64,000 nucleotides of DNA from Dehalococcoidia bacterium (lineage in GTDB: Bacteria > Chloroflexota > Dehalococcoidia > Lucifugimonadales > Australimonadaceae): NCBI GenBank assembly GCA_965220205.1, contig OZ244812.1, positions 1,320,261 through 1,384,260 on the forward strand, in the 5' to 3' direction. Positions 53,660 through 63,253 of this stretch are shown piece by piece. The translations under genes were made by a program, and so were the position numbers. The notes beneath the pieces are model-generated. The model worked only from the letters and a program-made list of their open reading frames with translations, made no database searches and was not told where the DNA came from. The number at the start of each line of letters is the position of its first letter. The stretch's first letter is position 1.

Positions 53660-53910
53660 TAAGGTGGAACCACTAGCCGAGACTTGAACCTCATTAGTGG
53701 GCATCTAAGCGCGGTCGCCTGCCGGGGACCCTAGGCCAACCGCCCACGAGCACCGCAGCGTTTCGTTGCTATTGCCAACGGGCATGAAGGAAACTGGTTA
53801 GGCAATAGCGACTGCTCCCTCTTCTGTGAACACGTGCGTGGTCGGGTCCAGGAAGCGGGGCGAACTACCGGCCCGGTTCTTGCGGAGCCGGCGGCAGCGG
53901 CGGGCACCCG
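53660..53910 (-). repeat. Copy 4 of the repeated module (degenerate AT-hook tail + hairpin element)
   Basis: IR 53765-79 / 53796-812 and GAAACGCTGCGG on the minus strand; colinear with 45365-45560. Confidence 0.75.
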
Positions 53911-54292
53911 ATGCCCCGCAGGTCTTGCGCGGATGATCGTGCGCGCCCGTCCCCTCAGTTGCCGCAGCTACGGGAACCAGCGATGGCCAAGTGCGTCTTG
54001 CCCACACCGGGGCTAGCGAATCCACGGGTGACGGCGCCGATACGTACGAAGCGGTCGCAGAGCCGCTTACCGGGTGCGAGGCGCGACGAGGTCTATGCAG
54101 AGCAGGCTCGGCTACTCCCGAACTTCGGCGGCTCTCAGAAGGCCACTTCACGGGTGATTCCAGTGGTTGCCCTGAGAAGAGTCGCTACATCAATAGCCTG
54201 AGCACCGGGGATCGAGTGGCGTACGGGGCGTGTCCTGTTGCACCTTCTCGGTCTGCGAGACGGCGGCCCGCGCATCTGTGGCTGGGTGATGC

Positions 54293-55678
54293 CTACGCGA
54301 TCACGAGCGATGCCATGACTCGACCAAGGTCGGTCTCCTCGTCGAGACGCCACAGGCGGTCCAACGCCACCTGCTGACGAGACCCGTCGAGCAGGCCCGT
54401 CGTGAGCCGCCGGAACTTGTCTTCGATGTTGGTGTCGCTCATGGGCCTCTTGAAGTGCCCGGTGTAGTAGGGGACGGCCGCCGTGTGCTGGCGGCCGTCC
54501 GAGGTCTGGACCGTCAGGATGTTGAGGATGGCCTCTGGCCAGGCGGCGTCGCATTCCGGGTCCTGTACGACCTCGATACGCTGCATCAGGTCCAGCAACA
54601 CAGGGTCGTGTAGGACGTCGTCCTCGAAGTGCGTGGGCTCGAGCGTGCCGAACCGAAGGGCGCAGGCAACAACGAAGGGGATGCTGTGGTCGGCCGTCTC
54701 TCGCGTTTCAGGGCGCCAGCGAGTGGGGTCGCCTGCCATGATCCGTTTGCCGCTCTCGAATGTCCGGATGTGGACGTGGTCGATGTCGTCGGCGTCGGCG
54801 ATGCCCAGTGCCCCCCGTGCCTCTATCGCGCCTTCGATCGCTGTCTGGGAGACGAAGCCCGCCGGGAATCGCTTGAAGCGCGACTCCATGAGTCGGAACG
54901 CGCGGTCATTGCCACGTTCCCGCGCCAAAGGAGCAAGCTCGACAGGGGTGCCCGTCACCCCCGCAAAGAACCCGTGCGAGCCGGTGAACACCTCCGGCGG
55001 ACCCGTCATCCCGCGCTGGGCGAGCATGGCTGCGAAGACGCCGTTCCTGCCCGCGTTTGGGACAGCCGCCGCCTTCCAGTGAGAGATGGTCCCACGCCGG
55101 GCCTCGCCAAGCGTCATACTACTGACCACGGAGATGCGCAGTGCTTCCGCGAGCTGCTCCACCGTGAGACCGATCACTTTGCCCGCCCCAAGCGGCGCCG
55201 AGACGGCGGCATAGGCCGCTTGATCCCAGGCGCCGCCTGAGGCGAGGTGAAAGCTATCCGCCCAGGCAGCCTGCACCTCGTAGGCGAGTGCGACAGCCGC
55301 GATCAGCTCTCGGCCCGACCTTCCATGCGCCTCTGCGGCAGCCAGTACTGCGGGGATGTTGTCGGAAGGGTGGGCGATGTCCTTGCCGTTGTAGGAGTCG
55401 TTGAAGTCCAGATAGCGCACCATCGTGCCATTCACGAAGGCGGCCATGTCTGGCGTGGTCGTGTCGGCGGTCCCCAGCAGCGTGGCCGGCGACGAGCCGT
55501 GCGCCTCGAGGGCCAGGTCGCGGGCCGCGCGCACCGGAGCGGCATCGCTGGCCGCCAATGCGCAACCCATGGAATCGATCACGAGCCGCTTGACTTGGTG
55601 CACAACCTCGCTGGGCAGGTCCTCGTATTCGAGGCTGGCCGCGTAACGCGTGAGACGTTCAACGATGGGATCGGTCAT
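54293..55678 (-). CDS. MmgE/PrpD family protein (2-methylcitrate dehydratase-like)
   Basis: NGTMVRYLDFNDSY, HPSDN, SHWKAAA and RETADHSIP. Confidence 0.92.
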   Translation of the reverse strand: MTDPIVERLTRYAASLEYEDLPSEVVHQVKRLVIDSMGCALAASDAAPVRAARDLALEAHGSSPATLLGTADTTTPDMAAFVNGTMVRYLDFNDSYNGKDIAHPSDNIPAVLAAAEAHGRSGRELIAAVALAYEVQAAWADSFHLASGGAWDQAAYAAVSAPLGAGKVIGLTVEQLAEALRISVVSSMTLGEARRGTISHWKAAAVPNAGRNGVFAAMLAQRGMTGPPEVFTGSHGFFAGVTGTPVELAPLARERGNDRAFRLMESRFKRFPAGFVSQTAIEGAIEARGALGIADADDIDHVHIRTFESGKRIMAGDPTRWRPETRETADHSIPFVVACALRFGTLEPTHFEDDVLHDPVLLDLMQRIEVVQDPECDAAWPEAILNILTVQTSDGRQHTAAVPYYTGHFKRPMSDTNIEDKFRRLTTGLLDGSRQQVALDRLWRLDEETDLGRVMASLVIA

Positions 55679-56306
55679 GCTCCGGCGCCTCCTCCGACAC
55701 TCACAGGGCCTAGCCGAGTGTAGCCTCCGGGAGGAGCGGGTTCTACCCCGGTGACTGCGCCGGAACGACGCTTGAAGACCACCTACGAATATACGCGCTC
55801 CATGACGATGCGGCGGAGTCCCCACTCCACATGACTGGTGTCGCCACGGCCAGAAGCGATGGCTGCGAGCTGTGGACCGCTGATGTGAGGTTCTGCCGCA
55901 CTTCGAGTCCCAGTGCCGGCAACGTACGCTGGCTAGGGGGAGTCGACTCCGCAGGTGATATGGAATGACAACATCCTCGGACCGAAGCCACGAGAGTATC
56001 ATCAACGATGTGTCGGCTAGATTACTTAGGGAACAGACCAAACTGCTGGCAGTGGCGGAGACCCGTATGATGGCAATCGGGCCGGTGTGTCCTCCTCACC
56101 GGCGGCAACCCTCAGCCCGTGAAGGAGAACGGCAATGACCCTGTGCAGGGCGCATCGCGGCCACGGGTCACAACGTGTCCACTTGCTACGTACCGGTGAC
56201 CCGCCTCAATTGGGCGTCCGGCGTTCCGTCCCGCTTGGCTCGGGCCAATACCAGGACTGGCGATTGCTAGACATCTACGAGGACGGGCTCGACGGCGCCC
56301 AGCGGC

Positions 56307-56960
56307 TTGGGGGAAACCGTGGGTGAGGGGTTGCCCCCGACCGAGTGGGTGGAGCACATCCCAACTTGGTTGCGGATCGTGATGTTGTTTATAGCCTTCC
56401 CCGTGGTGATGGTGGTTGTCTTTCTCCTGTTCGGGTACCTCAGTGCCCTGCTCTATTCGCCTCTGTACGTGGTGCGGTGGCTGCGGAGGAGACGGGCACA
56501 AGTGGAGAAGCCGGGGCGAGGACGGGGATGCGGTCGCCTCATGTGGGTGGCATACCTGCTCGGCATAGGAGCGCTGGGCCTGGCGGTGCTGGTCGGTATC
56601 AACCTGACCTCACCGGCTGTGGATCCGTGTCCAGCGGATTCTCCAGGTATTCCGCCACCCGGGCAGATTCTTGTGATCCCCGATGTGTTCCTGGACGAGT
56701 GCGTGAGCGTTGTCGGAGATGTGGTGTCGCGAGACGCTGGCGAGCTGGTCGTGGAGATGGACCGGGGAGAGTACGTGCAGCATGTGAAGGTCCGTGGACC
56801 GGCCGAGGTCTTCGAGCAGGTTCCCCTCCCTGGCCGAGTCCAAGTTGCCGGCCGCATCAGGGAGGATCAGGAGTGGGGATACGTGGTCCATTACGGAGTG
56901 GACCGCGGGTGGTGGGGTAATCTCCGAGAGAACCTTCAGCGGGTCGTTTTCACACCCTAG
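56307..56960 (+). CDS. Membrane protein with C-terminal OB-fold-like domain
   Basis: Two TM segments followed by a beta-rich CVSVVGDV...VQVAGRI domain; start uncertain. Confidence 0.55.
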   Translation: MGETVGEGLPPTEWVEHIPTWLRIVMLFIAFPVVMVVVFLLFGYLSALLYSPLYVVRWLRRRRAQVEKPGRGRGCGRLMWVAYLLGIGALGLAVLVGINLTSPAVDPCPADSPGIPPPGQILVIPDVFLDECVSVVGDVVSRDAGELVVEMDRGEYVQHVKVRGPAEVFEQVPLPGRVQVAGRIREDQEWGYVVHYGVDRGWWGNLRENLQRVVFTP

Positions 56961-57373
56961 CAGGGTGATGAAAAACGTCTGGGACGTATGGACGCGAAGG
57001 TGCGGATGATGGCGTCCCGTAGGCCGGCGGGAGGCAGGCGGGGAGTACCTGGCCGCAGTGTCCTGGCACGGACGGCTGAGCGATGCGCTGGTGCTGAAGT
57101 CCGACAGCGTTCTTCGGGCTTCATTACCTCAACCCACCCCTACGATTGGGACTCGGACGGCCACAAGCGGGTGGAGACGACAACTATCGTCAAGATGGCC
57201 CCGGCTCCTATCAGAGCGATCAGCGGGATCAGTGGGCCTCTTCAGGGTGAAGACCATTAGGCAATCCCTGGCATCGGCTAGGACCTTCGTCGTTTGCTGA
57301 CAGGCGTGGCTGCCTGCTATATTGGAAATGAGGGCTTGAGAATACGGGAATCAACACTGCTGGGAGGACTGAG

Positions 57374-58477
57374 TTGAAAACTCAAACCCAGAAACGTCTC
57401 GACGCTTTGCTTAAGGAATTTGAGGAGTTGAGCGCCCAGCAGGTCGGCTACCCGTGCAATCAAGACTTTGACTACTCGGAGCTGTGGCCCTTCCTGCAGT
57501 ACAGTGCCAACAACGTCGGAGATCCCTTCCACGGCAGTAGCTTCCTCATCAACACCCACGAGATGGAGTACGAGGTAATCAACACGTTCGCTGACATGAT
57601 GCATCTGTCGCGGGACCAGGCCTGGGGCTACGTCACCTCCGGCGGCACCGAGGGCAATATGTACGGCTTATACCTGGGGCGCGAAATCTTCCCAGACGGC
57701 GTGGTGTACTTCTCCCAGGACACCCACTACAGCGTCGTGAAGATTATGCGCCTGCTGAAGGCCCGAAACATCATGATAAAGAGCCAAGACAACGGCGAGA
57801 TAGACTACAACGATCTATACGAGACCATACGCATCAACCCCGACTCGCCAGTCATCTTCATGGCGAACATAGGCACCACCATGAAGGGCGCCATAGATGA
57901 CGTGAGCAGGGTGCGAGCAATACTCAACGATCTGGCGGTGACCAACTCCTACATCCACGCGGACGCCGCCCTGAGCGGCATGATTCTGCCCTTCGTGGAG
58001 GAGCCGCAGCCTTACGGGTTCGACGTCGGCTTCGACAGCGTAGCCATAAGCGGACACAAGATGATAGGCTCCCCTCTGCCCTGTGGCATCGCTCTCACCA
58101 GACGCGAGTACGTGGCGCGCATCGCCCGCTCCATCGAGTACGTAGGCGTTCTGGACACTACTCTCACGGGCTCCCGCAGCGCCATTACGCCGCTTATGAT
58201 GTTGGTACGCCCTCGAGCGCCACGGGCTGGACGGCTTCAAGCGGATTGTAGCCGGATGCCTGGATATGCCGAGTACGCGGTCACGCGCTTCAGGGACAGC
58301 GGCATACCCGCGTGGCGAAACAGAAACTCGGTCACCGTTGTGTTCCCGAAGCCGTCCGCGGAGGTCATCCTCAAATGGCAGCTTGCCCCCTACGAGGGCA
58401 TCGCTCACATGCTGACCATGCCCCACATAACGCGCGAGACTATAGACGCAGTCGTGGACGATTGCTTGGAGCAATAG
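57374..58477 (+). CDS. hdcA: PLP-dependent histidine decarboxylase (HdcA/AngH type); carries a compensated frameshift pair
   Basis: GYPCNQDFDY, NNVGDP, WGYVTSGGTEGNMYG, DTHYSV, HADAALSG and SGHKMIGSPLPCG; TTG start after GGAGG. Confidence 0.85.
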   Translation: MKTQTQKRLDALLKEFEELSAQQVGYPCNQDFDYSELWPFLQYSANNVGDPFHGSSFLINTHEMEYEVINTFADMMHLSRDQAWGYVTSGGTEGNMYGLYLGREIFPDGVVYFSQDTHYSVVKIMRLLKARNIMIKSQDNGEIDYNDLYETIRINPDSPVIFMANIGTTMKGAIDDVSRVRAILNDLAVTNSYIHADAALSGMILPFVEEPQPYGFDVGFDSVAISGHKMIGSPLPCGIALTRREYVARIARSIEYVGVLDTTLTGSRSAITPLMMLVRPRAPRAGRLQADCSRMPGYAEYAVTRFRDSGIPAWRNRNSVTVVFPKPSAEVILKWQLAPYEGIAHMLTMPHITRETIDAVVDDCLEQ

Positions 58478-58526
58478 CATCAAGAAAAGGATAGAGGAAC
58501 ACACTGTTACGGCGAGAATCATAGTC

Positions 58527-58901
58527 ATGGCGAAGAACGAAGTGGGCGTAATAGCCGACATCAGCCGGGCCTTGGCAGACAATGGCATCAACATCGAGAC
58601 CATCAACGCTGAGGCCATTGCCGACAATGGCGCCATCTCCTTGACCACCGACGACTACGATGGGGCGCTGCGAGCGCTCACCAGCGCGGGCTTCAAGACG
58701 GTCACGGACGACTCACTGATAGTCAACCTGCGCGATGAACCGGGTGCTCTGGCGAAGGTGGCGGAGAAGCTCAAGCAGGGCGGCGTGAACATTCAGAGCC
58801 TGCACATAGTCGAACGCCGCGGCGACTACACTACAATCGCAATCCTACCCGACAATCGCGCAAAGGCTGAGGCTCTTCTGGACAGAGAGTCCATCGTGTA
58901 G
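58527..58901 (+). CDS. Tandem ACT-domain protein
   Basis: NEVGVIADISRALADNGINIE and DEPGALAKVAEKLKQGGVNIQ. Confidence 0.9.
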   Translation: MAKNEVGVIADISRALADNGINIETINAEAIADNGAISLTTDDYDGALRALTSAGFKTVTDDSLIVNLRDEPGALAKVAEKLKQGGVNIQSLHIVERRGDYTTIAILPDNRAKAEALLDRESIV

Positions 58902-58963
58902 GTTTTTCCACGCAAGCCGGGACCGCAATAGACGCTACCGCTCTCCGCCCCCCAGCCCACGAA

Positions 58964-60400
58964 TCAGCCGGCGAAGTAGAGCCTAACGACCTCCAGCGCC
59001 TCGTCCCGGTCGATCGCCTCATTGCCGTCCGCGTCATAGGCATCGCCCACTGGACTACCCAAGCCCACGTTCGTCACGGCAATCGTCACCGTGACCGTGG
59101 CGCTGGCCCCGGACGAGTCCGTGGCGGTGACGGTCACTTCGTAGACGTTCTTGTCCGCCTCGTAGTCCAGCGTCGTGCCGGCGCCGACCCTGATCTGTCC
59201 GTGCCTTCGTCGATGGTGAACAGGGCTGCGTCGGCGCCGCCGAGGGCGTAGGTCAAAGCGTCGTCCTCGGCGTCCGTGGCCGCAACCGGAGCGCCCATGA
59301 CTTCGCCCTCGCCCGTGTTCTCAGCCACGCTCCTCTCTATCGCGCCGTTCCGCCCCCTGGCGGTGTCGAGGTCCGTAACGGGGAACTCAGGCGCGGCGTT
59401 CGACGGGACAGGCGCGCTCGTCGCCGCCCGCGCGCTCTTGCCCCGCCCGTGCCCGTCTGTGTAGGACGCCATCGCCCGCAGGTAGCTGCCCTTGTCGGCG
59501 GCCACCGGCGTGTAGGCGGCCGACGCCGCCCCGCGGACCGCCGTCCACGCGGTCTGGTCCGTGGGGCGCTCCCACGACCAGGAGACGCGGGCGACGCCGC
59601 CGTCGGGGTCGGTCAGGGCTGCGGTCAGCGCGACGCCGACATCGGGCTCCGACGACGACAGTGCGACCGTTCCGGCTTCGTCCTCGTTGGTCACGGTGAT
59701 GGTTACGGTGATGTAGCTGTCCCTCTGGTTGTCGGGTCTGCCGTTAGCGTTCTTGCCGTCGGAGACCGCCACGATGACGGAGTAGCTCGCCTCAGTCTCG
59801 TAGTCCAGGGCGGCTTTGGTCAGCAGCTGGCCAGAGGGCGCATCGACATCGAAGAGACCGGCGGCGATCCCGCGCAGGGAGTAGGTCAGCTTGTCGCGGT
59901 TGAAGTCCATGGCCGCGACCGGCTCGCCGATGTTGTCGCCTGCAGGCGTGTTCTCGGCTACCGAGCGGGCAGTCCGGTCGCCTTCCGTGAACTCCGGCTC
60001 CCGGTTCGCAGGGGGGCCGCCCTAGCGGTTGCGGTCGCCTCGTTGGACCATTCGGCGTCGCCGTCGGCGTTGACGGCGCGCAACTGGTAGGTGTAGGTCG
60101 TTCCAGTCGACACCTGGTTGTCCCGGTACGTGGTCGCCGCGACGCTAGGTCCGGGAGTGACGAGGGCATAGCTCTCGCCGGCCTCCTTGCGCTGCAGCTC
60201 GTATCGGGTGATGGGACTGCCATTGTCGCCCGGTGTGCTCCACGTCACGTCAATGTGTGCTGTCGCTCCCGACGCCCGCAGATTCGTGATCTGCCGCGGC
60301 GCCGCGTCTAGCTCGGTCGTGACCGAGTCGTTATTGTCCGCCGGTGTGCGATCGAGCTGGTCCGCCCCACTAACCCTCAACGAGTCGCTCTGCAATGGTT
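58964..60400 (-). pseudogene. FN3 + cadherin-repeat surface adhesin with EF-hand/dockerin-like tail; 5'-truncated and frameshifted
   Basis: FN3 WSTPGDNGSPITRY...YQLRAVN; cadherin RSVAEN, LDYE and VTNEDEAG; tail YDADGNEAIDRDE. Frameshifts at ~60010 and ~59195. Confidence 0.85.
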
Positions 60401-60574
60401 TCCGCTAGCCGCTCTAGTTCCTTCTGCCGATGTGTCATAGGGTCACCGTTGGGTCGGGCCATCGCCGGTTAGCCCGCTGCGGTAGGGACACCCCAACACT
60501 GCGATTCTGTGATGGCTCGTAAGTTGAGGCGATTCCCCAGGGGCTGCGAGCAGACCGCCCAGCGGTTCGGACCG

Positions 60575-61141
60575 TCAAGTGAGGGGATTCCAGTCCAGTA
60601 GGCTTGCGGCCCATTCGCCGCCCCAAGCCAGGAGGTAGTAGCGCGGCAGTCGCCCGACCAACACTGCTACGACGTAGCGGGCGGCAGGGTAGCCAGCCAT
60701 CGGGGCGGCGATCCGGACCGGGTAGAACGGCAGCGGACTGAACGCGAACACCACGATGGTCCACCACGGCTGCCAATTGAACGCGCGCTGAGCAAGTACG
60801 GATATGCGGCTCTGTTTGGCCTGGGCGAGAGGCCCGAGCCGAAACGCTCGTTCGAATAGCTGGTAGTCGATTGCCGAGGCGGGCGCGGTCGCCATCGCGC
60901 CCACTATTGCGACCAGCAGGGGGTGGTACAGCGTCCCTGCGTACACAACGGCAGGTTCATGGGGCAATAGAAGAAAGCTGTTTCCGGGGATGGAGTACCA
61001 GAAAAACGCGGACAGCGCCCACCATTCCGGGAACAAACTCCAGGCCAGCAGTGTGCACGTCACAGCGGGCAGTAGGAGCGCCGCGGTGTAGTAGAGAGTT
61101 TGGCGCGGGGTTATCCGGCGCCGGGCGGGCAGCCCGGTCAC
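60575..61141 (-). CDS. VTT/DedA (SNARE-associated) membrane protein
   Basis: LLLPHEP, FSPLPF and VGRLPRYY; overlaps the upstream stop (ATGA-type coupling). Confidence 0.8.
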   Translation of the reverse strand: MTGLPARRRITPRQTLYYTAALLLPAVTCTLLAWSLFPEWWALSAFFWYSIPGNSFLLLPHEPAVVYAGTLYHPLLVAIVGAMATAPASAIDYQLFERAFRLGPLAQAKQSRISVLAQRAFNWQPWWTIVVFAFSPLPFYPVRIAAPMAGYPAARYVVAVLVGRLPRYYLLAWGGEWAASLLDWNPLT

Positions 61142-62574
61142 AAGAGACTGCGCCCGAAGTGCGGTTTGGTAGGGGTGAGATTGAGCCCTTCAGCGACGGT
61201 TGGAAACAGGTCGAGTGTACGGATGCCGCCATCGGCAACCAGAGGTCTGTTGCTGAGGAAGGGGACCATCATGTGGTCCCGGCACAAGGCGCCGTGAGAG
61301 GAGTGGTGCTCCGGAAACTCCCGCCAGCCCCGCAGATCGTAGCCGGGCTTTGCGGTGACTACGATATCCCCGGTGCGTTGGCTCTTGAATAGATGCCAGA
61401 TGTTCTCCAGCGAGTCGGGGAATTCCGTTTCCATCGTGTACGCGAGGGCCTCCGACCGGGGAATGCGGCTGCGCTGGGAGGCCATGGCCAGGGGGTCGGC
61501 CCCATCGAACGCATAGGTGTAGTCCTCGCCTTCCATTCCCAGGACGGCCTCGCCGTCCCTCGAGACTATCTTGACTCCGCCCCCCCGCCTGTAGGCGCAC
61601 CATTCCACCTCTTCACGGCGGCTTATCGCCCGCAAGGCGGTCCCGTGTTCCTCTTCTATCTCCTCGCAGCCCAACGGCGCTTCCCATCTGCCGTGGGAAG
61701 GGAAGTAGAGGTTGGCGAAGGAGTTGCCGGAGACCATTACCGCCGCGTCTGTGTTCTTCCGGAAGATGAAGGGGTGCTCGAGTACGGAGTATCCGAGTTC
61801 CGAGAGCAGGGACGATATGTCCAGGTGCTGCCTGGTCCGCGTATGACCGTGGTCACTGGTTACGATGAAGTGTGTGCGGTCCCACAGGCCGTGGCGGCGG
61901 AGCCAGTCCAGCAGCCTGCCCACCTCGGCGTCCAGGCGCCGGTACGCGTCGACGGTGCGCCGATCCTCCGGGCCGTAGTGGTGTGAGAGCTTGTCCACGT
62001 CGACGAGTGGAAGGAAGACGAACCTCGGCTGGCCGCTGTCCGTTCGAGCCAGCCACTTGATGGCCTGGTTCATCACGATCCGGTCGACGAAGTCGCCTCT
62101 CCTGAGATAGTGGGCGAAGAACATGAAGGGCATCGAGAGCAGATGGGAGAAGCTGCTGTTCTCCACCGACAGGCCTCGGCGCACGTCACATCGTACGGCC
62201 AAGGAGTTCGGGTTGAGCTCGAATATAGTCTCCAAGTCGGGAGAGAGGTCGCTGTCGAACTGTACGTGGGCCGGGCTGATATAGGAGCGATGGCCTCCCA
62301 GCAAGGGTCTTGCCGAGGAGAACTCCGACTTGTCCATCCATCGGAGTCCGGGCACGTTGGCGGTCCCGGGGTATTGCCCGGTGAGCATAGGGATGTAGGC
62401 GACGCTCGTTACGCTGGGCAGAACGGTGACGCCCGTGTATTGGAATCCCTCTGCAAGGAGGCCGCGAGCCAGATGGGGGAGCTTGCCAGACGCGGCCAAC
62501 GCCCGCAACACGTCGGGCCTGACGCCGTCCGCCAGGATGATGATGGCCAGGTCCGTATCGGTCGTTGCCGCCAA
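61138..62574 (-). CDS. Alkaline-phosphatase-superfamily nucleotide pyrophosphatase/phosphodiesterase
   Basis: ADGVRPD, PSVT (catalytic Thr), DKLSH, TSDHG and SSHG; start uncertain (TTG at 62574). Confidence 0.88.
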   Translation of the reverse strand: MAATTDTDLAIIILADGVRPDVLRALAASGKLPHLARGLLAEGFQYTGVTVLPSVTSVAYIPMLTGQYPGTANVPGLRWMDKSEFSSARPLLGGHRSYISPAHVQFDSDLSPDLETIFELNPNSLAVRCDVRRGLSVENSSFSHLLSMPFMFFAHYLRRGDFVDRIVMNQAIKWLARTDSGQPRFVFLPLVDVDKLSHHYGPEDRRTVDAYRRLDAEVGRLLDWLRRHGLWDRTHFIVTSDHGHTRTRQHLDISSLLSELGYSVLEHPFIFRKNTDAAVMVSGNSFANLYFPSHGRWEAPLGCEEIEEEHGTALRAISRREEVEWCAYRRGGGVKIVSRDGEAVLGMEGEDYTYAFDGADPLAMASQRSRIPRSEALAYTMETEFPDSLENIWHLFKSQRTGDIVVTAKPGYDLRGWREFPEHHSSHGALCRDHMMVPFLSNRPLVADGGIRTLDLFPTVAEGLNLTPTKPHFGRSLL

Positions 62575-63253
62575 GAGTCCCCTCTGAGTCGCGGAGCCAG
62601 AGCAGACTACGCGGCAGTTCATTCTAAGGCAAGTTGGTCGAGCGGCGTTTGGGGGCCAGGCTCCAAGGGGGCGGCGGCGGAGTTGCGGCTGCTCCCGCCT
62701 GCCACCGCCGCGAATCGAGTTGTCAGGCCTCTCCCAATACTCACCGATTGGCAGCTCTCCCGCGTGTCGCACATAGGCGTCAAGCGATGTTTGGTAGAGC
62801 ACAATCATCTCTCAGCGTATGTACTTCCATAATCACTATCTCTGCGCTTCGATGTCACAAGCAATCCACACTTGAATAACGCGAGATAGCGCGCAGACGC
62901 CGAGATTAGACTCGGAGCGCACTCAGAATCCGATTCGGCCGCTCCGTAACCGGTTCAAGTCGTATCCGCGTCCACAGTTGTACCGGCTCGTTCCGATATG
63001 CTACCTTCCGCCCTTGTGACGGGCTCATCATCCGCGTCGCCTCCCGTGGGAGGTCACACGGCGAATGCTGAATGCGCCGGCGACTGCGTTCTCAACCAGG
63101 GTACTGCTTGAATTCACTCGGCCTCCCGCGTCCAACGACATCACGCATTGCGTGGGCGGCCATGTGCGCGAGACCAACGTGGGCGCGTAGGCTGCGGCCT
63201 CCGCGCCGGAACGCGCAGTGCGACTCTCCTCCGGTGATTGCGAGTTGAGCGGC

